Of a stretch of 64,000 nt of DNA, positions 22,040 to 35,600 are shown piece by piece. Below the pieces are notes generated by a model. The model searched no databases. It was not told the origin of the DNA and worked only from the letters and a program-made list of their open reading frames with translations. The stretch's first letter is position 1. Every line of letters starts with the position of its first letter. This DNA is from Mobula hypostoma (taxonomy: Eukaryota). The stretch is from the NCBI RefSeq assembly GCF_963921235.1, contig NC_086109.1, positions 15,130,001-15,194,000 of the forward strand. The letters are read 5' to 3'. Both the position numbers and the translations under genes were made by a program.

Positions 22040-25000
22040 CTGTGGAGGGGGAAAACATAGAAAAGATTAACAAGTCTTTGTAAAGAATTCACCTCAATAA
22101 CGTTTATGCAACATACTCAAGAAAATTAAATTGACAGATTGTCAACACAATTTATAAAATTTGAGCTGAATTGAAGGGCCTAATGGCTCACTACAAAGAG
22201 GATAGTCATGGTCACAGAAGGGATGCTGATTAACATGGAATATTCTGATATTTTTCCTTAATTCTGGGTTTCCTCAAAACTTTGCCCTCTCTCATTCAGT
22301 CCTTTACACAATAACATGTTATACCAAAACATCAAACTTTATCCAGCTATGCTGAAACTTCTGTTCTGTAGTTAGCCACTATCTTGATGAGTGTTATACT
22401 AGCCTGACACTTTTGCTCTCACTATGTAGGGGGCAATTCTGACTTATTTTAGAAGTCAATAACTATCATCTTTTACTCTGTTTCCAAGTTTCCAAAACAC
22501 TTCACTGTCTCAATTTATAAAGCTACCTCCAAGAAGCTGAAATTCTTTCTCTGCACTAAATACTTCTGCCCCTTCCACACAAATGCAACTCTATTAAAAA
22601 CATAGGCTGGTCCAAGATTTGAACAAGCCTAGATCTGGGGAGGCTCTAATATCTCTTATTATTTGACCCTTGTTATCCTCTAGGGTGCATTTGTACATCT
22701 CTACACCCAACTCCTCCATCTTTATTACCTCTTAAAATTAAGAGCTAATACCTGTATGCCCTTTACTAAATTTACTTAAAACAATCAAACTTTTGAACCA
22801 AAACCCAGCATTAGTGATCCATGCCCATTTTCTCTTTAAAAGTTTCAAATATTGGTGACATTTCACTCAACAGGTATGATTCAATCTTGTTTTTTTGCAA
22901 TGAAAAGAAAGCTCTGAAAGCTTCTGCTATTTAAATATTTGAATGGTTGATAATGCTGTGATGTCGGCTTGTGATTACAAATCAGGTTCTATTGAGCACT
23001 ACAAAAATCTACTGGATCACCAACATCTGAACAACGTAATTCGATATATTGATCAATATAGTGCAGCATAAAACCACAAGCCCATTTCTTATAGCTACAA
23101 AAACATTTTGCAGTACACACAAAATCCAAAAAGAGAAAGTTTCTTTAAGAAACATGTCAATCAATGTTTCAGGTGTTAAACTCTGCCTTAGTGCTAAAGA
23201 GAGACCTACAAATTGAAATGCTGACTTCTGATCCTCTGCAGATGCTGTTGCACCTGCCGAGGACTTCCTGCTTTTGTTTTTTTTTAAATTTTCAGTGTGA
23301 ATGGTAGCATGGTGAATCAGTAAATTGTGCTGTTATTGCTGGCAATCTGGGTCCAACCCTAACATCTAGTGTTATCTTAGTGGAATCTGCAATGATAATC
23401 CTGTGTGCCTCTCACCCAGGAGCTCAGATTTCCTCCTGAGTCACAAAGGACATGCTGGTTGGCTATAGTAAATACCATGAGTGTAAGACAATGGAAGTTG
23501 AAGGGCACATGAAAAAGACTTGGTTAGAAAGAACTAAGTGAGGATGTGTGATTGCTTCAAGAACTAATATAAATGAAAGGAGCTGACTTGGTAACGAGCA
23601 AAGTATGAACAACCCCTTGAAATAATTCAACTTTTACTTGATTTCTTTTAAGTGAATACAAGTCTTGGCATAAGGATTATACATATCCAGGATGTCAATT
23701 AGATATCAACAATCAGGGCAAAGAAAAGTAACAAGAGAAACAGTCAATGTCTGAAGGTGTAAACTGAACAGAGGGAGCTCAATTTTATTTTGATAAACCC
23801 AACAAGGAATATGCATTTAGAATTACTGATGGTTAAGAAAAGGAATTTTTGGACAAGAAGTTTGCATATCAGAGTACAGTACAATATTTACATACTACAT
23901 GCAACTTTAATAAACCTCAGAACAACGAATAGTTGGATTATTTTTGAATCTAAGTAGAAGAAACCCAGATGGGTGGCATGATAGCATTGTGGTTAGCATG
24001 ATGCTTTACAGTACAAGGGACCTGGTTTTAATTCCTGCTGCTGCCTGTAAGGAGTTTGCATGTTTTCCCTGTGACTGCGTGGGCTTTCTCCAGGTGCCTC
24101 AGTCCAAAGTCGTATGGGTTGGTAGAACACTGTAAATTATTCCATGATTGGGCTAGAATTAAATTGGGGGAATTGCTGTACAGTGGGGCTTGAAGAGCTG
24201 GAAAGGCCTATTCTGTACTGTGTCTGGATTACACTGCAAGATTGCTAATTCAATGTTTTTTTAATGGTGAAAGTAGTAATGCTTTATTAAAGAGTGCATA
24301 TAAACATTGATTTGTCCTCCTTTCTTTCCCATCAATTGTAACTCAGCTGAAAATGTGTTGTACGAGAATGTCTGATGAGAAGAGTGCAGGGTGAAGGAAG
24401 TACCTCACACTACAAATGTAACAGAATAATACTGTACCTTATTTTGATTTTTCTCTAGCCTACCCAGAAATCATTCAGGCTGTTGAATAAATATAAATAT
24501 ACAAATAAATGTCACAAAAACCACAGCTGACAACCTTAAGGGTTGGTTTTCAATATGCATAAAGGCAACTGTCAATGAATTTTCATTTTTAATAAGGGTA
24601 AAAATCCAATAGTGAAGAAAACACTTGGCACAACTTTCAATATTTTAACTACATGCACTCAAGATTGGAAAGAATGGCAAGTTAAAACCGCATTCTCTCA
24701 AGAAACAAATGACTGATTAACTGTATATATATATTGCATGAATTCTCAAATATGGGTATCAGCATATGCGAGTTTACATTAACCTGATACAAGAGGTTAG
24801 GGTCTAGCCAATAAAATTTGATAAAAATCATAATGTTGGAAACATACAGCAGATCCGTCAGTACTGAAAAGAACCCATTAATGCTAAGAGTAAAGATGTC
24901 TGATTAAAAACATTGGGACCATTGCAAGTGCTCGTTGAATTCAAAATGGTGACTGTGGCCCACTGCATTAAATGTCACCTGATATATTTGAAAAGCCATT

Positions 25001-28000
25001 ATTGCACACATAGTGAGAGCATCCACTGAATATATGCAACATTGTTTTGACCTCAATGGTGTGGCGAAATCGTCTCTTAACCTTACATGGCTGATAAAAA
25101 TTTCAACAACAGAAGTGACTGACTTACGCTGTTTAAAAATGATCATAAATCACTTAGCTTCTAGTTGATTTGTGGTAGTTGTTATAATTTTACAATAGGT
25201 GCTTTCTATTGTTGTTTTGTGCTGACAGGGACTGGAAAATTATTTCAAGCCTCGATACAAACCAGCTGATGCGAAAAGTGGCTGCTGTAATTGGCATTCT
25301 CCCTGGAATCCAGCATATATAGGAGAATGAGCATTTATAGCAGGACAAGTTGTCTAAAAGGGCAATGTATGGTAGAAGGGTTTTAATCAGAACAATGTAC
25401 TGTCACTAAATGCTCAGGAAACTATTCTCTACCCATACTTTGGTTTGAAGCCGTATTAGAGATGCCCATGTTTCAATAAAGATCTTGTCACTGAAGAAAT
25501 TGCATTTTTGCCAGCTGCAGCCAAAACTGCAATTTGCAGCCCCAGAATAGGACAAGGACTGCATTAGGGCATTCACTGTGGTCATGCAGTGAATTATAGA
25601 AAATACAACGGTACAGCATATTACAGGGGCTTTAGTCCATGCTGTTGTGCTGACCTTTATAAACCTACTTCACAATGAATCTAAACCTTCCCTCCAACAC
25701 AAGTGTCCCTATTGTATCAGCCTCTATCATGATCTCTGGCAGTGTTTTCCAAGCACCCACCACTCAAGCTGGTACAGAAAGTAGTAAAAATGCTATCTCT
25801 GACATCGCCCCTAAACATACCTCCACTCACCTTAAATGGATATTGTCTAGTATTGGCTATTGTTGTCCCGGTGAAAAAGGTGCTAACTGTCCACTCTATG
25901 CCTCTCATACTCTATTACACCTCTAACAGGTCAGTCCTAGAAGAAAAGCCTTAGGTTGTTCAACCTTTTCTCAAGACAATTTAAAAGTTATGGGAATAAA
26001 ATGAAGTGAGAAGCAGAGATGAGTAGTGACAGGATCTGGAACTTCAATGTGCCTTCATTGACTATTAACTACTTTCACAGGAGTGCATTCTATCATACGC
26101 CACAAAATTCGAAGTCGTCTGAGGCAGTACATGATACATCTTTCCTATACTCAGCCCTGTAGCACAGTTCTACTTGTAATCCTTTAAGAACACAGACTCT
26201 GTCTAAGCCATACAAGCTGGTTAGATCTGGAGCTAGCCAGCAATGTATCCACAAAGTAAACAGTGCAGTGATACTGGCTAGCAGTAGCAGCTCTTCAAGC
26301 TAGTGGTCATCATGGGTGACATGCCACTCACATTGCAATCAATGGATAATGACACAATGCAATTCCTGCATCTGTCCGGATTTCCAATTTAGCTACTCCT
26401 TTGAAAGAATGCCTTTCATACTCTTACACACTTCTATCGGGTCACTCCAAAGTTTGATTACAAATGCTGTTTGTTGTGATCCATTCTCTTTACTAAAGAG
26501 CTGTGAGAATTGCTCCCATCTCTCTCAATTTGAGAAGGAGCAGGAATCACTCGAGTATTTCCTGGAAAATATGTCCCTGAGAGTGATCAATTGCAACCAC
26601 TGAGTTGAGGGTAGCAAGTGTGAAAATGAACAAGGCGAGGGAATCTTCAGAACTTGGCACCACCAACTAAAATAAATTTCTCTCATGTGAATGCAGATTC
26701 TGTTTTCTTTCTCCACAGATATTAACAGTTTGAAGAAACAATAAAATATATTCTGATTCAAACTGATGCTATACTCTTATTGTTCTCCACAACAGTAACA
26801 CAGAATCATGTTTGATGGTCAGAGCCATCATGTATTGTCAGTTTGAGGAAATCACTCACTCATTTGGTTTGATATATAGCTTGCTGACTGTGCAGAGTGG
26901 CAAGTTCAGCTTGTGTCAGTCATATGATCTCGAGTATGCATGATGCATCTAATGCTTTGTTTATCTATGTCGGCTTTTCATTCCCTGATTATAACAGGGT
27001 CTATAAAACTAGCATTAAAATATCCAATTCATTAACTTTGATTATTCTGCCTTTAATCAGTTTCTAGTTTCTACCTAGCTCTCTAAACTCACAGGCATTC
27101 ACAGAACACATTGAGTTTAAAGAACTGGTTTCACCGTATGCTCTGATGCAAATAAACAGCAAGAAAAAATATTTTCATCACATTACCACAAGCTGAGTGA
27201 CTTAATATAAATTACTTTTAAGATTTAATGGCATCAGCTTCTGCACTATTTATTTCTACCTGTTCACTAATAATTCAAATATTTCTCAAAATAATCCCTT
27301 CTAAGATATGCAGCAACTAAACTTAAAAAGGTTAACATGTACCAGATCATCTGCTGCATCAATTAGAAAGCTGATGCTGAACTGAGTAGTAGCATTGCTT
27401 TTTGACTTCATACGTTCACATTAACATTGAACTAGAAATTGTTGGGAAATAATGACAGTTGTGTGTGGAACAAACTACAGAATGTTCTTTTCAGTGCAAA
27501 ATCTAAAACTTGATGGTTGAGTTTTGGTAGCAGCTCCTTCCTTAGCTGTTTTCCAGCACTGGACTCTTGTGTTTGTTTCAATAACTATAAAGATTTATTT
27601 TAAAGGTATACAAGTTTTAATTTTGACTTCAATAACTTTGAATGTGAGAAACATTTAGAAGTATAACAACATTTAACAGTTGACAAAGCTACAGTTGTGG
27701 CTTTGTCAGCAGTTGATGTTTTTCTCAACTATTTCATGGAACTTACTCAAGCTACTAAAGAACCAGATTTACAACTGCACAAAGAGTTTATCTTTTGAAG
27801 CTAGAGCTAACTTTTAAACACATCTTTTCAGTAACTGTTCTCAATGAGTTCTAAAGACATTTTTTGACTTATGCCTGTGTTGTTGATGTTGCATATCTTC
27901 TGAGAACTTCTACCTAAGATAGCTCAATTAATGCATATAACCCTGCTCTTCATTTCTCTAGAAAGTCTAAAATGCTCATCTTTCTGTTTCTAACTCTTGA

Positions 28001-31000
28001 CCTAGACTTGTTATACCACATTTTAAACTTTAAAAGTTATATCTTTAACCATGCATTTTAATTCTTAAAGTGATTTTGTATTCACCTTTGTGAAAAATTA
28101 AGCTTGGATTTTTAAATATATTCTTTTAATTTAAAAAATATAGTTTCTGAAAGGAAGACTGCACTAATTGAGATTCCCGCATAACATAATACTGCCCAGA
28201 ACTAATGATGAGCCCTCTACATGCTAACCTGTATATTGCATTCATGCAAGATTTTAATTTTGAATATCTCAAAATAACCAAACTTATTTGCGCTAAAAAA
28301 TACAGATAAGATACTCAGTATTTAGTCTGGTTGTGTACAACTTGAAAGCTAGCAATATTAAGTAGAACTTGTGCCTAGCTCTTTGAAAAACAAAGGGATC
28401 TTACAGATGGAAAAATGAGGCATTCAATAATGAACTAGACAGCATGAGACAAGATAATCCATTCTATATATAATCAGAACCCATCACATGCTGCATTCTT
28501 ATATAGCTAGCTACTCCAACGTGACAACAATCAGAAGTCACATTCTCATCTGACATTTAACCATAACAGACGAGATTAAGAAAAAGTTCCTACACAAACA
28601 AATTTAGTGGCATGAAGTCACATAAACCAGCTTCACAGTAACTATATTGACAGAGAGCGAAAGTGATTGCATGCTCCATAAAAGGTCATTTAGTACATTA
28701 AATTTGGTGATCTGATCTACCTTAGCAAGAGAAACAAGGCAAAATAACTAGGAAAATGGAAAAAAAACACGAGAAAATCTACAGATGCTGGAAATCCAAG
28801 TTACACTCACAAAATACTGGAGGAACTCAGCAAGTCAGGCAGCATCTTTGGAAAAGAACACAGTCAGTGTTTCAGTCCTGCTGAAGTGTCTTGGCCCAAA
28901 ACGTCGACTATACTCTTTTCAATAGATGCTGCCTGGCCTGCTGAGTTCCTCTAGCATTTTGTATATGAAAAAATGGAAATAACATTTCTTATTAAGGCTG
29001 GGGAAAATTACATTCAAGTAAAAATTTTTTTAAAAATTAAAAAGAATTTGTGAAGGATGCAAATTTCTTACAAAACACCATATTTTACTTTGTGGATTTT
29101 GACTGATTTCATATTGATATCATTCTCATTGGTGCCAATACCTTTTGGTTTACCAATCAGTCTCAACATTACAAAGTCTGCCAGTTACTACTATTTCCAT
29201 TTTCTCTTTTCCCATTAAACTATCAGGGTGAGGTCATTCAGACCATTTTGCCTTTGCCAGCTCCCTGAATTGCTTCCAAACTCAACTATCCTTTCCCACT
29301 TTGATAATTCATTGCATGGAAAGTTTCGAGAATAATCTGTCCTGTTCCACATGGAACTTTGATTATGTTCATCACACAAAAGCAACTGGTCAAGCGTTTG
29401 CAAAGAGTCAAACATTTTCCTCCTGTCTAAGAATTTGAATTAATTTGCTTTTTTTATTTCTGTCAGTTTATGAATACTTTTCATTTCATTTGTTAAATTG
29501 AGCGGATGAATCCTATTCCTCTACCAAGGTTTTCCCTTATTGCTGTCAACAGGCTGTTTGATCATATCTCATCAATGCCCCCATTCTTACCTGTGTGCAC
29601 AATAATAACTATATAATCTTCCTACCCCGGTTAATTTCCCAGAGGCTAGACTGGCCTCCATCATTATATTTCATCATCAGAGCATACAATCTGACTCTTC
29701 ACTTTTATAGAGACACAATTATCTCAACTTACTTTTCGATTACCTTTGCCCTCATCTCATGCCACTTTGAAATTACCTTTCCTATCCTTTACTCCCACTT
29801 TACTCTCCACCGTTTTGAACTTTCTCACATGTTGTACACCACGATGAACTTTCTTTGTATTGGAGATGCCAACAGCAGATAAGCCAACTTTCCTACTTGA
29901 TACTGCTAATTTGTTGATGTACCTGATTTTGCTGTGCCATGGCCACAACAACAACAACCTCATCCAGTGAATTTTCTGAACATTATTCATCTAATCATTG
30001 TTGCTAAGTGTTCCTACCAAGCTTAGTCTCCTAATTGAAACTCCAATTTCAGAACTAGACTGTCTATTATGCTCCAAACCATATTTCTGCGATTATACCC
30101 GCTACACTTCCTACTATTTACAAGCTGTTTTACTCACCTTCTCTCTGTCTTACGTCTTTTCACAGCCTGACTGAGATGACCTTTATAAAAAGAAAGAAGT
30201 ATCAAAATGTTTAATTGCTTAAAAAAAACAATTCTGATGCCGGGAGTGCATCAGAAATGTCACCTATCTGTTCTTCAGATGTTGACGGACCTGCTGTATA
30301 CGTATTATTGTCAGTTATTATTTTAGGCTGATAGCACATGCAATTTATTTTCCTTTTATATGTAGGTCAAAGTTAAGGAAAGTAGAGATATTGACTGCCA
30401 GATGAAAAAGTCCATGAGTCCATACAACTTCTCAAGCTAGGCTTAGGCAAGATTTTACAAAATATCACTATTAAAAACACAAGTAGAAATGAAATTATGA
30501 TGAATTATGATTGACTTGAAACAGTTTCCCACTCCAAGCTGTAATTGTTTTTGAATGAAACATCTTAAATTTTAATCACTTTTCAGAAACCCAAGAAAAG
30601 CACGATTTTTCTGATGAGAGGGTAATTAAGTATGCCCTCGTGGATAAGCTTGCCAATCCAAAAATAAAGATCAGTTCTGGCTTAAAAGGGACACAATTAT
30701 TATACAAAATAATGAATTGTATGCTGTACAATAATTTATTTTTGCTTCAGTACCCTGACAAGTTTGGTAGCAAGATTTAAATAGCTCAGATTTAGCTGTG
30801 CTCTTGGAGGGTGTTACTGAAACCCCAAATGAAATAATAAGTTAATGATATTTTAAAGGTACCCAAATGTGAATTTAATTGTTTCGGTGATAGCACATTT
30901 GAACCAAACCCCCGGGAAGTGTTGTCACCATTCACAGTTCACACAAAATAAAATGAGAAACGAAAAGTCAAAGGAATAACAATATTGACTTTTTTTTAAA

Positions 31001-32622
31001 AAACGAACTTAATCTTAAGGGAGGGCATCCTTTAACACCTGAATTTTCACATGAATTCTCCTGAAAAATTTGGTGCCACTGTCTACTTCCAACAAGCCAT
31101 TTATATGTTTTATCATGGCTGTTTTAGATACATCACAAACTTTATCAAAAATGAGATGTTTAAATAATTTAAATAGAACTCTAGATAGAGTTTGAATTTT
31201 CATAAATCTAATAAGGCACATTTAATAACACAACCTGCAGAAATGCTGCACCACAGCTAACACCTGCTATAAATGGGATACATTGAACTTCATTATTCCA
31301 ACTTATCAGCTCTGACTGTCATATTTAAATCTAACTTTCCAGCCAGGATTCTTATGATGTAGAATTTGATCTGCCCTAATCAAATACCCTGTAAATACAA
31401 TTTAAACATACCAGGTGTAAGTTTATTCCTTTACTCATTGGTATAGGGTTACTTCATGCTAAATACAATCTAAAAAATACAGTGATCAGTCATGGATCTT
31501 GACCTGAATTTCTAAGAATTTATAACCATTGGCATGATGCTAAATAAGACACAGCCTGCCCAACCAAAGTGATCAAAAGACACAAGTTATAAGCACATTT
31601 TAGGTATTATTATCTGCACAAATAATTATAACTAAGGCATCATTGCTTTTATAAATTCTTTGGAAGTCTGAAAATCATTACTAGAGAATATAAATCTTTG
31701 TTTTAAAACACAGATAATCAAAAACCATAACATACTATATCATCACCCTCCTTGGGAGAAAAAAAGCGTCCTCCTTCTCCACGCTTTCGTTGCATTGCAT
31801 GGCGATGACGTGACTCATGGAGATATTTCTGTAAAATTAATGAACAATATTCATACATTTCAGAGATGAACAGAGCCTTCAGATGCAGGCAACCTATATT
31901 TTAAGTCCACACATAAAGGCAGCTGAACTGGGAAAGAGTGAGAATCACTTTAGGATGGCTAATGCAAGTGTGTCATATACACATCTAACAAACAATTTAC
32001 TTGACAAGTCCGATGGCAGTATTTGTAGTGTCCAAAGATGCATAAAAGAAAACTTAAGTTCTGCTCGAAATGCAGATGTTGAATTAGCAGAATGAACTTT
32101 AAGATAAAGTACCTAAACATATTAACTTGTTCTATACTATCAGATGTCTTGCACTGTTCAGTGAACATCTACTACATTAATATACATGTAGTTCACAGCA
32201 TATGAAAGGCTGCTAGGTATTGCAAGTAGACTTATTCCTTAGACGGGTGCTACAACTCTAACGTGTGTTTCAGATGATAATTTATGGGATGAAGCTTTTT
32301 TCCACCAGGATGCTGATAGGATGTTTTGGTTTTAACATTCTAATCAGAGAGCATAAATTATGCTTTTCTGAAGTGCCAAGCCACCTTTTGGGATCCTAGG
32401 ATGCAGCCAAGTCAAGTGACTTATTGGCCTTTAGCCACATTAGTTTTCAAATGTTACTTTTATATAGTAAGGGCATTTAATTCTTCCTTGACATCATTCT
32501 GTGATATTTGTGTATCTTCTATAATAAAGAATGACACACCATATGTTTAACTCCTCTGACTTAGCTTTGTTTTCCATAACATTTTCCCCTTGCCTAATTC
32601 TCTAAGGGAGTTTAAATTCATC

Positions 32623-32678
<56 letters not shown>

Positions 32679-35600
32679 CACACACACACTTGCATTGTGT
32701 GCTTTTATATTCCTTCTTTGTTTGCCTTCAATTTATTTTCCTTGGCTAGATTTTGAATTTATCCCAGTCTTCAGGTCTCCAACTTTTTCCTTCCCATATG
32801 TTTTTAGCTTAATACCATCATGAAGTTCCTTGATTAGCCGTGCTTTGTTCATTTCTCCCTGGAAAATCTTTCCCCAATTGGAATATATTTTGTTGAGCAT
32901 CATGAAACACCTTCTTTATTATCTGCCTCCATTTTCCCATGGTCCTGTCCGCTAATCTGTCTGCCAATGTTATTCTCATTTCAATACAATTCACCTTTTT
33001 CAAGTTAAGCATGGTTGTTTCTCATTTTCAAAATTGAATACATAGTTCTATCATGCTAAGATCATTACTTCCCAGGGAATCTTTTACTCAGATGTCATTT
33101 ATCGAACCTGCTTCTTAGCCATTACCTTGATGCAAGATAACTCATTCCTTGGTTGGCTTTCTTAGTGTTTAGATGTCTATAAATTAGTTCTACCACAACA
33201 AACTAAATAGCTGAACAGTTTGTTACAATGAAATGAAGTATCATTTTTTTGCTATGTGCAGTGTATAAAATTTTTGACCTCTGGATGTACATACATTAAA
33301 AATGTGTCATTTTAGAAAAATATCTTAACAGCCCAAACATATTCATGATACCCATGCATTAAAAATAAAATATTTGAATGACAATTGAAACTATTGATAA
33401 CTTGCAAGACAGTATGTCCCAATTCCTAATGCAATGTGCTATCAGTAATCTAGCAAAACTATAGAAGAAATATAAATCAAGAATAAACATGTGTTCTTTA
33501 ATTCCTAGACTCCCAAAATATGATTATTTAAATGTTTCTACCTAAACACACATCACAACACCTGGTGATATAATTTACCCACCACAGAGGAAATTTTAGT
33601 TTGGGGTGAAATTTTATTCATCTTAGAAAGTAGATTTAAATTATGCAATTTAAATTACATAGCTTACCCTCCTTTCTTTTGGGATTCTGCCTTCTGCTTC
33701 TAGTTTGGCTCTTGCCTGTCTTCTTCTTAGGATTCGATGATACTGCTTAGCATTTACATATAGCGGTTCTTCTTCCAGTAGTTCTGCACCTGGTAAGGGA
33801 ATTCTCTGCATAGCTGGAACTGTGCTCGCCCCTGGTACCATCTGCATGAATTGTCATTAAAAGCCAATGGAAAGATTGATAAGAGAAGATAGCTTGCTCT
33901 CATCTACAGATGACAATTTTGTAAAGTGTATATTGTATATTCAATATAGATTAATGACAAACTATTTTTTTCATAACTTAAGAATTAAACAAGAGATGTT
34001 CCTGTTAAGCCTTGAATGAAAATTCTTCACCAACAGCTATGGCAGAGAGCTCTAAAGGGTCACGTAAAGGTGAAATTCAGGTTTACGACAAAGATCCAGC
34101 CACTGGCAAGATTCACTGGCTTTAGTATATAACCTTAAATAAATTTCATCAACATTAACTGGGTTTTCTAAAAAGTAGAGCAGTGGAAACAGAAACTGAT
34201 GCAATACTTTTGGGAAATAAGAGACCATAAAAAACATTTGGGGAGATCTGCAGTTTTCATGAGGACACAGTTTCAGTTGAAGATGCTAAGCAGAATCAGA
34301 TCATTGCTGTTAAATTTCAACAAGATCAATGTTCTTCTATCTTTCACAAATTCTGAACGTACTTCTAAGATGTATTTTAAAAATGTACGTTTTAAATGAC
34401 TGTTAAAAGATTCAAGTATTCCTTTGTCTTTATGAAATAAGAAATTCCATAATTAAATCTGCATTTATCTTCACATCCAATTATAGTAAAAAAAGCGACT
34501 GCTTATATAAAGAAGGTAATGATATTACTTTACTATACAATGGCATCAAACTAGAACCACAGAAAGGAATCCCATGTTCTGATATAATTACATAGTATAT
34601 CACAATCTACAAATGTAATAGATGATTAATAATTCAAAATGGATTTGTCTTAAGAGTAGAAAACTATCATTTATCTTAAACAGAGATACAAGAGTCTGCA
34701 GATACAGAAATACAAAGCAAAAAACAAACTGCTGGAGGAACTCAGCTGGTCAGGCAGCCTCTGTGGGGTTAGACTAATGTAGGGTTTTAACCTGAAAAAT
34801 TCAGCCTCCATTGATGCTGCCTGACCTGCCAAGTTTTTCAAGCAGTTTGATTTTTGATTCATCTTAAACACATTTGGTTATAATTCAAATAATAGAAGTT
34901 CCGCAAGCACTTAAGCTCTGATTTACGGTATTTTAAATGATTCTTCAAACTGAACTTACCATCACCATACCGCCTGCATTGACCATACTTCCAGTGACTG
35001 GTAGTGTTACCGTTACAGTGCCCTGGCTGCTATTTGTTGTGCTTGTGCTGGCTCCCGTCTGGACAATTTGGGCCCCAGCTAGACTGGCAGCAGGAATGGT
35101 GATCATGCCTGTAACAGGGACTGCAACTTTAGCACATAACACAAAGAGAAGAGAGACAAGACAAAAAGGAGGCAAGAGAAAGAGGGCAGAGTAAAAACAG
35201 AGGATCAAAAGTGAGAAAAAGACATAAGAAAGAACAAAGAGAGAAGAGATAAATGAAAGGAATAAGATTAATCCCTTCACTTTTCAAGAAAATAATAATT
35301 TTTAAAAAAGTTTTCATGAACCAAAAACCTTACTCCTGTTGTCATAAATTAAAAGCATTTTCAAAATTATTTTTTTAAAGTACTGCAAAATACAAATTTT
35401 TTCAAACTCAAGTGGTCCAGATTTTGAAATATTTATCTTACATATTTTAATGTTGGTGAGAACTGTGTACTATCTCAGCCTGTTTCCATGACTGCATGTG
35501 CAATTATGTGCTGATACTGTGTTTGGCAACATTCATGATATGGCGGAGTTTACCACATTAAGATTTGTTTTTAGTTTTTAAGATTCTTCTTCAGGAGCTG

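Noticed and set aside
23970..24045. tRNA-like A/B boxes (also at about 12800 and 21200)
   Set aside because: These are SINE heads; no complete cloverleaf and they run into SINE body sequence.
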